A stretch of DNA of 14,725 nucleotides from a bacterium (lineage in GTDB: Bacteria > Zhuqueibacterota > Zhuqueibacteria > Oceanimicrobiales > Oceanimicrobiaceae): NCBI GenBank assembly GCA_046757525.1, contig JBHHYI010000101.1, forward strand, positions 1 to 14,725, read 5' to 3'. Positions 1 to 6,223 of the stretch are shown piece by piece (position 1 is the stretch's first letter; every line of letters starts with the position of its first letter). Under the pieces are notes generated by a model. It saw only the letters and a program-made list of their open reading frames with translations, had not been told where the DNA came from and did no database searches. Both the position numbers and the translations under genes were made by a program.

Positions 1-40
1 GTCATTTCGAGTCAGACGGCTGCCGGACGAGAAATCTGAA
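1..40. repeat. Left half of a REP-like palindromic doublet (GTCATTTCGA...GAGAAATCTGAA)
   Basis: GTCAT...AATCT termini around an internal imperfect palindrome. Same terminal architecture as the intact doublet at 11056-11147. May be clipped by the window edge. Confidence 0.5.
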
Positions 41-88
41 TGAGCAGTTACGACCCCTTAATATTCTGTTAGCGTTGTAAATCAACAG

Positions 89-117
89 TAGATTTTCGAG
101 AGAATAGTCAGTATATT
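89..117 (+). promoter_or_regulatory. Putative cassette-internal sigma70 promoter (TAGATT-17-TATATT)
   Basis: -35-like TAGATT at 89-94, 17-bp spacer, -10-like TATATT at 112-117. The predicted start site falls at about the ATG at 125, and there is no SD upstream of that ATG. Confidence 0.4.
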
Positions 118-124
118 CAAGCAA

Positions 125-592
125 ATGAAAACTCAGCGAATATATCTTGATACTTCAGTAATTGGTGGCTGCTTTGACCATGAATTTGCAACGTGGTCCA
201 ATGCATTAATGAAGGATATCAAAACTGGATTATTTCGTGGAGTGACTTCAGAGATTGTCGAAGCCGAAATCTCCGACGCACCCAAAAACGTTCGAGAGCA
301 GTTTATAGAATTCCTCAAAATGAATCCTGAAGTTCAAAAAATCAGTGAAGAAGCAATTAAATTGGTTGATGTCTACTTGCAGCATAAAATACTGTCAGAG
401 AGATTTCGCAACGACATGTTGCATATTGCCTTGTCTACCATCGGAGATGTCGATATTCTGGTAAGTTGGAACTTCAGACATATCGTGCGCTATGATAAAA
501 TTAGGCAGTTTAATGCTGTCAATTTAGAACAAGGTTATCATACCTTGGATATATATTCACCTCGGGAGGTGACCAGTTATGAAAAAGATTGA
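125..592 (+). CDS. PIN-domain ribonuclease (VapC-like toxin), 155 aa
   Basis: N-terminal YLDTSV motif, central EIVEAEI, DMLHIA and LVSWNFRH motifs, typical of PIN-domain proteins. Confidence 0.88.
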   Translation: MKTQRIYLDTSVIGGCFDHEFATWSNALMKDIKTGLFRGVTSEIVEAEISDAPKNVREQFIEFLKMNPEVQKISEEAIKLVDVYLQHKILSERFRNDMLHIALSTIGDVDILVSWNFRHIVRYDKIRQFNAVNLEQGYHTLDIYSPREVTSYEKD

Positions 593-737
593 CGCCGTTG
601 AAATGGTACGCAATATTCGTGACAAACAAAGCAAGGATACTACGGGCAGCTCTCCCAAAGAAATCATAGACTATTTTCGCCGAAAAGCCAGAAAGATTGC
701 CGAGCAGGCACAAGCTCCAGAGTTGAGTGAGCGCTAA
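579..737 (+). CDS. Small 52-aa protein, putative antitoxin (MKKIDAVEMVRNIRDKQSKDTTGSSPKEIIDYFRRKARKIAEQAQAPELSER)
   Basis: Absent from the ORF track because it is under 60 aa. Strong SD GGAGGT at 565-570, ATG at 579 overlapping the PIN gene end by 14 nt, TAA at 735-737 embedded in attC R''. Confidence 0.75.
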   Translation: MKKIDAVEMVRNIRDKQSKDTTGSSPKEIIDYFRRKARKIAEQAQAPELSER

Positions 738-858
738 CAACAACTCCACGCGACGCCGGAGCCGGAGCTCTTTTGAACGTTTGCCGGACCTTCGATTTTA
801 TTTCCATTCTAGAAATTACGTGCAGATTCATCCGGCGCGCGTGAGTTTTCCGTTATAT
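732..858 (+). other. attC: attC recombination site (127 bp)
   Basis: R'' CGCTAAC (732-738), 5-nt spacer, then left arm AACTCCACGCGACGCCGGA (742-760). This pairs perfectly with TCCGGCGCGCGTGAGTT (831-847) apart from two unpaired bases (C746/747 and A753, i.e. extrahelical G and T on the bottom strand). A 6-nt spacer precedes R' GTTATAT (852-858). The variable terminal region is about 70 nt. Confidence 0.9.
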
Positions 859-881
859 TTGCTCAGAATGTTCAACCCACC

Positions 882-922
882 TTCAGATTCCGCACCGCAA
901 CAAGTCTGGGTTCGGAATCACA
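882..922. repeat. Right half of a REP-like palindromic doublet (TTCAGATTCCG...TCGGAATCACA)
   Basis: Internal stem GATTCCGCACC/GGTTCGGAATC (10/11 complementary). Its termini are inverted relative to 1-40: AATCTGAA/TTCAGATT exactly, and GTCATTTCGA/TCGGAATCAC at 8/10. Confidence 0.5.
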
Positions 923-1062
923 TGGGTGATTTTTTTGGCGCCCCCCGGGTAGGATCATTTGTTGGGTAGTCTTGTCCCGAGAGAATGGCGCCGTGGGGCG
1001 TCGCAGTGAAGATCGATATTGGGACACCAGCAACCCGGTAGAGTTTTTCAATTGGAGGGAAA

Positions 1063-1902
1063 ATGGCACAAATCAAATTTCCGGCGATGCCGCTGGCCGA
1101 CTGGCAGCCTACCCGAGACACCATTCATAGGTACTGTCAGCTTGTAGGCGCCATTAGAAGCGCCCTGACTCCCCCACAAAAGCACTGGTGGCATGTCAGC
1201 CTGCTTCCCGACGTGACCGGCTTAACCACGACGGCAATGCCGGCCGGTGAAAATTGTGCAGCAAATGCCTTTAAGTTGCAACTGGATTTTACCGCCCACA
1301 AACTCGTACTCACAACCAGCCTGGGCCAACGGTGGCATCTGCCATTACAGGGGCAATCGGTAGCGACCTTCTGTGACCAGACCCTGGCCGCCTTGACCAA
1401 CCTGGGTATTCAAGCGCAAATCGACCGCGACGCGTTTAGTGATGAGAGCCCGCGAGAGTATGACCAGGTGGCTGCCGAAAGATTTTGGCTTGTGCTGAGT
1501 CAGATCGATGCCATTTTCAGGCAGTTCAAATCGGAATTGCGCCAGGAAACCAGTGCCGTCAATTTGTGGCCGCATCATTTCGACATGGCCTTTGTCTGGT
1601 TTTCGGGCCGACTGGTTCCCGGCGTTGATCCGGCTGACGCGGAAAATGCCGACGAACAAATGAGTTTCGGCTTTTCCACCGGGGATGAGACAATCCCGGA
1701 TGCTTACTTCTACATTTCAGCCTATCCCATGCCGGACGGACTTGAGGAACTGGACTTGCCGGCCCCTGCAAGCTGGAATACCCGTGGATTTGAAGGCGTG
1801 CTGCTTATGTATGAATCGTTGGTGGGTATAAAGGACCCAAGGGAAAGGCTTCTTGAGCTGTTGCGCACTGTTTTTCACGCAGGTTCAAACCTTATGAAAT
1901 AG
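1063..1902 (+). CDS. DUF5996-family protein, 279 aa
   Basis: Family-like motifs W-x-x-T-R-D-T-I-H...VG...HWWHVSL, LWPHHFDMA, GFSTGD and AYFYISAYP. SD GGAGG at 1054-1058. Confidence 0.8.
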   Translation: MAQIKFPAMPLADWQPTRDTIHRYCQLVGAIRSALTPPQKHWWHVSLLPDVTGLTTTAMPAGENCAANAFKLQLDFTAHKLVLTTSLGQRWHLPLQGQSVATFCDQTLAALTNLGIQAQIDRDAFSDESPREYDQVAAERFWLVLSQIDAIFRQFKSELRQETSAVNLWPHHFDMAFVWFSGRLVPGVDPADAENADEQMSFGFSTGDETIPDAYFYISAYPMPDGLEELDLPAPASWNTRGFEGVLLMYESLVGIKDPRERLLELLRTVFHAGSNLMK

Positions 1903-1913
1903 CACTGGTTAAC

Positions 1914-1945
1914 TCATGGTTGCAGGCGACCCATTGCAACCTGAG
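1914..1945. other. Hairpin downstream of the DUF5996 gene (possible terminator or RNA-stability element)
   Basis: CTCATGGTTGCA pairs with TGCAACCTGAG with one bulge. No U-tract follows. Confidence 0.3.
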
Positions 1946-1983
1946 AATGCGGGCCAGGACTCACAAGGTTCCTTTATAAGCAC

Positions 1984-2018
1984 TTGATTTTCCGGCTGCG
2001 AATATTTACATTTATAAT
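1984..2018 (+). promoter_or_regulatory. Putative sigma70 promoter of the MNT-HEPN operon
   Basis: TTGATT (1984-1989), 17 bp, TACATT (2007-2012), with an adjacent perfect TATAAT at 2013-2018. Confidence 0.5.
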
Positions 2019-2077
2019 GAACGAGGAGTCTTAAATCCTGCATTCCTCGGTCTTGATGTTTTGAGAGGATTTGACCG

Positions 2078-2434
2078 ATGGTGAACTATGAGCCTTACAT
2101 TGCCCGCCTGAAGAGAGAAAAAGCTAAAGAGCGAAAACTGGCAGCCGACAGAAGAAAACAAGCTCTGCAAGCAGCCAAGCAAATCGCCGCCCTTTTGAAG
2201 CAGAAGTTTGGCGCAGAGCAGGTATTTGTGTTTGGTTCTACACTTTCCGAAGAATACTTCCGTTTGCATTCTGATATCGACATTGCTGTGAAAGGACTTA
2301 CCGCAGAAAATTTTTTCCGGGCCTACTATGAAGCGTATTACGCGGACCATGGTTTCAAAGTGGATTTAATCGATTTGAGGACTTGCAGTGATTTCTTGAA
2401 AAGAAAAATCATTCAGGAAGGTCGGGAACTATGA
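2078..2434 (+). CDS. Minimal nucleotidyltransferase (MNT) antitoxin, 118 aa
   Basis: GS-x10-DxD signature (FGSTLSEEYFRLHSDIDIAV) and a downstream VDLID strand. ATGA overlap with the following HEPN gene. Confidence 0.9.
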   Translation: MVNYEPYIARLKREKAKERKLAADRRKQALQAAKQIAALLKQKFGAEQVFVFGSTLSEEYFRLHSDIDIAVKGLTAENFFRAYYEAYYADHGFKVDLIDLRTCSDFLKRKIIQEGREL

Positions 2435-2919
2435 CTGTAAAATATGTTGTACTGGCAGAAGAGATCGAAAGGGAAATCGAGAACTTGAAACAAGTAGAAG
2501 AGAAAGTACATGAAGGTGTAAAGAGGTCTCAAAAGCATCCTGGGGAACGAGAATTCTATTTGGATTCAGTTGCGATGAATCTCCATTCATATTACACAGG
2601 GGTTGAAAACACTTTTAGGAGTATCGCCTCAAGAGTCGATGGCGATGTGCCGCAAGGGGAGAGATGGCACGCAGAGCTTTTGAGCCAGATGTCTACACCG
2701 CTAAAGGAGATCAGAGAAAAAGTGATTTCTGACAAAACCCAAATCTTCTTAAGGGAACTATTGGGATTTCGACACCTGATTAGAAACATTTATTCATTTC
2801 ATATTGATGAAGAGCGATTGCTGCAATTATGCGAACGGCTGCAATTGCACAGCAAAACCTTGTATTCGGAGTTGGGCAATTTTGTTGAGTTTCTGAAAAA
2901 GTCGGGGGAGACTTCATAA
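2431..2919 (+). CDS. HEPN-domain (HepT-like) toxin, 162 aa
   Basis: LHSYYTGVE, WHAELL and FRHLIRNIY motifs, largely helical, translationally coupled to the MNT gene. Confidence 0.87.
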   Translation: MTVKYVVLAEEIEREIENLKQVEEKVHEGVKRSQKHPGEREFYLDSVAMNLHSYYTGVENTFRSIASRVDGDVPQGERWHAELLSQMSTPLKEIREKVISDKTQIFLRELLGFRHLIRNIYSFHIDEERLLQLCERLQLHSKTLYSELGNFVEFLKKSGETS

Positions 2920-2934
2920 TTTGAGGAAGCGGAA

Positions 2935-4131
2935 TTGACTTGGGTGTTCACCCTCGCAGGCACATTGGCCCTCTTGAGAAACCTGATTTCGGTAATCGAC
3001 AGTTTTAAATTCAGAGCGAAGGTGGCCGCCGCCCTCACAGAGGTAAAGCCTCGGTATTGGCCAAAAGTTGCGGTCCTCATCCCGTGCAAAGAGGCCGACC
3101 CGCAGTTTAGGGAAAATATTTCAAGCATTTTACAACAACAGTACGGTACGTTTTCGGTTATCTTTGTGACCGGCTCAACACAGGATCCGGCTTACAAGGA
3201 ACTGCTGGAGTTGACCGCCGCAGAGAACACCGGCGCGACCAAATTGGTCACGGCTGGTTTGGCCAGGAGGCATTCCCAAAAGATTCACAACCTGCTGCGC
3301 GGACTGCGAGAAGTGGCAGAAGAGGCCGAAGTTTTGGTGTTTGCCGACTCGGACATTCGCGTACGCGAAAACTGGCTCGCTCATTTAGTGGCGCCCCTGC
3401 TCAAGCAACAAGTCGGAGCTGCCACAGGCTATCGCTGGTACCTGCCGATTGCCGGGAATTTCTGGTCAGCGGTGCGTTCCGTTTGGAACATGACCAGCGC
3501 TAACCTGCTGTTCAGCGACAAGTACAATTTTACTTGGGGCGGTTCCATGGCCATACGCAAAGAAACATTTGAAGTCCTGAAAATCGCAGAAAGATGGCAG
3601 AACGGCCTGAGCGACGATATGATTCTGACTCGTGCCGTCAAACAGGGTGACTACCGAATCGAGTTTGTGCCTCAAAGCCTGGGGCTTTCGTGCGAACAGA
3701 CAAATTGGAGCGCATTGCTGGAATGGACAGCGCGTCAAATGACCATCGTGCGCGTTTATGATGCCAGGTTGTGGCGATTGGCTGCCTGGCCCCAGTGGAC
3801 TTTCAACCTGATATTTGTTGCGGGATTATTTCTTGCCTGTCGTGGGTTATTATTAGAAACGCCCATCCCAAAAGCTGCCTGGGTTATGATGAGCGATCTG
3901 CCTTTAGGAGCTTTGATCAACTACATCCGATTTTCATCGTTTATGAAAGCCATGCCACACTACCGTGAGAAAATGCAAACGTTTTGGTGGGCCTATGTGG
4001 GTCTGCACCTGCTTTCGTCTTTTGTTATGAGCTTGAGTTTGATCAAGTCGGCGGCACACCGGAGAGTCGCCTGGCATGGTATCCGGTACGAAATGCGCTC
4101 TGCCGAGGAAACCGTGGTGCTTGATGATTAA
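2935..4131 (+). CDS. Family-2 glycosyltransferase, ceramide-glucosyltransferase/HpnI-like, membrane-bound, 398 aa
   Basis: VAVLIPCK start of the GT-A fold, K-x-x-NL, FADSD (DxD), GGSMAIRK and SDDM motifs, with N- and C-terminal TM segments. TTG start with SD GAGGA upstream. Confidence 0.85.
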   Translation: MTWVFTLAGTLALLRNLISVIDSFKFRAKVAAALTEVKPRYWPKVAVLIPCKEADPQFRENISSILQQQYGTFSVIFVTGSTQDPAYKELLELTAAENTGATKLVTAGLARRHSQKIHNLLRGLREVAEEAEVLVFADSDIRVRENWLAHLVAPLLKQQVGAATGYRWYLPIAGNFWSAVRSVWNMTSANLLFSDKYNFTWGGSMAIRKETFEVLKIAERWQNGLSDDMILTRAVKQGDYRIEFVPQSLGLSCEQTNWSALLEWTARQMTIVRVYDARLWRLAAWPQWTFNLIFVAGLFLACRGLLLETPIPKAAWVMMSDLPLGALINYIRFSSFMKAMPHYREKMQTFWWAYVGLHLLSSFVMSLSLIKSAAHRRVAWHGIRYEMRSAEETVVLDD

Positions 4132-4285
4132 CTCTGGGCATCCGGCGACGCCTTTAGCTGGCTCAAAAGCTCGCAAAAGCGGTGGGGCAAAGTAGAAGCG
4201 CAGGAGACTGGTGTACACGACCCTGGAGTAGCAAAACCCAACGAAAGCAACATTAACAACCTTTACCCAAAAGGAGGACGTACCA

Positions 4286-4570
4286 ATGGCTAAAGCGATT
4301 TGGAGAGGAAAAGTTCTCGCCGAAAGCGATCGCTGTGAGATGGTGGAGGGCAACTATTATTTCCCGCCAGACTCGATCAATCGCGAGTACTTCAAAGAGA
4401 GCGATACCCAGTCCGTATGCCCCTGGAAGGGCACGGCGAGCTACTACCACATCGAAGTCAACGGCGAAGTGAACGAAGACGCGGCCTGGTATTATCCAGA
4501 CCCGAAGAAGGCTGCCCACAACATCAAAGACCACGTGGCCTTCTGGCACGGCGTCGAAGTCCAGGGGTGA
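4286..4570 (+). CDS. DUF427-domain protein, 94 aa
   Basis: AIWRGKVLAESD...EGNYYFPP, CPWKGTASYY and AAWYYPDP motifs. Strong SD AAGGAGG. Confidence 0.92.
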   Translation: MAKAIWRGKVLAESDRCEMVEGNYYFPPDSINREYFKESDTQSVCPWKGTASYYHIEVNGEVNEDAAWYYPDPKKAAHNIKDHVAFWHGVEVQG

Positions 4571-4633
4571 GGTTAGCACTCTACAGGTCGAGGAGACCAC
4601 ATAATGCCTACAAGGCGATAGGAAGCGCCAGAG

Positions 4634-5083
4634 GTGTCCGGGACGGAACACAGGCGAATCGTGGCAGCCCGCAGTCTGACTGTGGCAGGTGTGCTGCTGT
4701 TGCTGGTGGCAGGCATTCACTTGGCGGTGATTCCTCTGCTGCGTCAAGTCCTTTTGCGGAGACTCTCGGCTGACGCTTACGCCTTTGTTGCCCCACCTTT
4801 TTTTCTGAATCACGTCGGGGTCGGGGTGCTCCTGTTTCCGTTTGGGTTCAGTACCATTGTTTGCGCTGGTGGAATCCGGCGGGGGCAACGGTGGGCGTGG
4901 TGGATCGGCCTCAGCAACGCCGTGGCTGTTCTGGTGCTGCCCGTTGTGCTATTAGGGCTGATGGGTTTCAGGTATTTCAAGGCGGTGCCCTTTCTCGTGG
5001 CTGCCCTGTCAGTCACCGCCGCCGGGTTGGCCATGATTATACCGCTGCTGTGGGTTGGCAGGGAGATCGTGGGCCGCAGTTAA
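4634..5083 (+). CDS. Hypothetical integral membrane protein (~4 TM), 149 aa; start uncertain
   Basis: Four hydrophobic stretches and a GC-rich ORF filling the gap between neighbours. GTG start has a weak SD; see the finding on the upstream ATG. Confidence 0.65.
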   Translation: MSGTEHRRIVAARSLTVAGVLLLLVAGIHLAVIPLLRQVLLRRLSADAYAFVAPPFFLNHVGVGVLLFPFGFSTIVCAGGIRRGQRWAWWIGLSNAVAVLVLPVVLLGLMGFRYFKAVPFLVAALSVTAAGLAMIIPLLWVGREIVGRS

Positions 5084-5105
5084 CAGGCGTCAATTTCTTG
5101 GTGAA

Positions 5106-5540
5106 ATGAGAATCCCCAGACCTCTCTGGATTTGCCCGAAATGTAAGAGACGCTTTGCGAATGTCAATCAATGGCATTCCTGCGGGCGTCACACGGTGGC
5201 AGATTTCTTGCGGAATAGAAGCGAACATTCTCTCGCCTTGTACAACAGATTTGTTGAAACGCTGGAATCCATCGGACCGTTTATTTTCGCTCCGGCCAAA
5301 ACCAGGATCGGCTTCCAGGTCAGAATGATTTTTGCCGCAATCAACAGAATGGGCTCAGATTTCATTGACGGGCACTTGATCCTGGCCAGAAGATGTGAAA
5401 GCAAAAGGTTCTACAAGATTGAATTGGATACCGTCCATCGTTTTAAAATTCGCAGAGCGGAAGAAATCGACGCAGAATTCACAGAGCTGATGCAAGAGGC
5501 CTACCGGGTCGGCGAACAACAACGTTTGTTTGAGAAATAA
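5106..5540 (+). CDS. Zn-ribbon (WxCPKC...HSC) plus DUF5655-like protein, 144 aa
   Basis: LWICPKCKRRFANVNQWHSC at the N-terminus and EIDAEFTELMQEAY at the C-terminus. ATG 5106 is preferred over 5055, which overlaps the previous gene. Confidence 0.75.
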   Translation: MRIPRPLWICPKCKRRFANVNQWHSCGRHTVADFLRNRSEHSLALYNRFVETLESIGPFIFAPAKTRIGFQVRMIFAAINRMGSDFIDGHLILARRCESKRFYKIELDTVHRFKIRRAEEIDAEFTELMQEAYRVGEQQRLFEK

Positions 5541-5800
5541 GCGTTGGATCTGGTTGAGACGAAAAACCAACCAAGGAGTCATCGGCATACCGTCAAAGCT
5601 CCAAGGCCAGTGGCAATGTCCAAAGTGTGGAGAAAAAACCACAGCCCGGAGGCACACTTTACGTGCTCTGAGCCAGTTGCACCTGGGTACGCGGCCTCTT
5701 TTGTTCTGACCCGGTGCGCAGTTGGGAAGTGATTTGTCGTGTTTGCATTGGTGCTGCGAGTTTAGTCAGCGCGAACCGAGCTTGGGGACTTCAATCCATC

Positions 5801-6187
5801 ATGCAAAAGACCAGGACAAACCAGACGGCCGACCTATTCCAAAATTCCCGGAATAACAAGCGCAAACAAAAGGGCCGCAAAAGCCGATTCGAAACCATCT
5901 TTTATTTGCTGTGTCTGGTGCTGTTGGCAACCATCGCGTGGGACCTGTCAAAAATCTGGGGGCCTTTGGCGGTCCTGCCCTCGGCGGCGATATTTGGCGG
6001 CTTATTGTTCAAAATAAAATGGCTGGCCATTTGGGGTGTGCCCTTAACTATGGCTTACCCGTGGATCATGTGGCTCAGGGGGAAGAGCACCTCGGTATGG
6101 TTCTGGACGGTAATCATCGTGTACTTGATTTACTTTTTGTTGATGCTGAGGCACGACCGGCGGGCCAAAGCGAAGCCGCCGCACTGA
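5801..6187 (+). CDS. Hypothetical membrane protein, 128 aa
   Basis: Basic N-terminus followed by about four hydrophobic segments. ATG 5801 chosen within ORF 5714-6187, with GGGGA upstream. Confidence 0.55.
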   Translation: MQKTRTNQTADLFQNSRNNKRKQKGRKSRFETIFYLLCLVLLATIAWDLSKIWGPLAVLPSAAIFGGLLFKIKWLAIWGVPLTMAYPWIMWLRGKSTSVWFWTVIIVYLIYFLLMLRHDRRAKAKPPH

Positions 6188-6223
6188 ATCCATTGGCCTT
6201 CGCCGCTCACGGGGAACCCTGAA

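Larger units (their letters stand above)
69..852 (+). mobile_element. Integron-type gene cassette (784 bp) carrying a PIN toxin and a small partner ORF
   Basis: The left core site G^TTAGCG (68-74) is the exact reverse complement of the attC R'' box CGCTAAC (732-738), as expected for an integrated cassette. The right boundary is the G of R' G^TTATAT (852). The ORFs are oriented toward attC, and the last stop codon lies inside R''. Confidence 0.85.

Noticed and set aside
17..27. 11-mer CGGCTGCCGGA shared with 11195-11205
   Set aside because: An 11-bp match is expected by chance in 14.7 kb, and the flanks do not align.
727..969. 80-aa ORF after the PIN gene
   Set aside because: Runs through the attC site and the repeat half. 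The SD-supported 579-737 ORF explains the region better.
1907..1970. Possible second attC (GGTTAAC-TCATG-GTTGCAGGCGAC...)
   Set aside because: The start resembles R''/L'', but no matching L' plus correctly spaced GTT follows, and no complementary left core precedes the DUF5996 gene. Kept only as a hairpin.
4129..4285. attC or gene remnant after the glycosyltransferase (TAAC at the stop; ~50-codon open frame)
   Set aside because: No complementary arm or R' box, and the open frame has no start or recognisable motif.
4253..4888. 211-aa minus-strand ORF
   Set aside because: Antisense to the well-supported DUF427 and membrane-protein genes.
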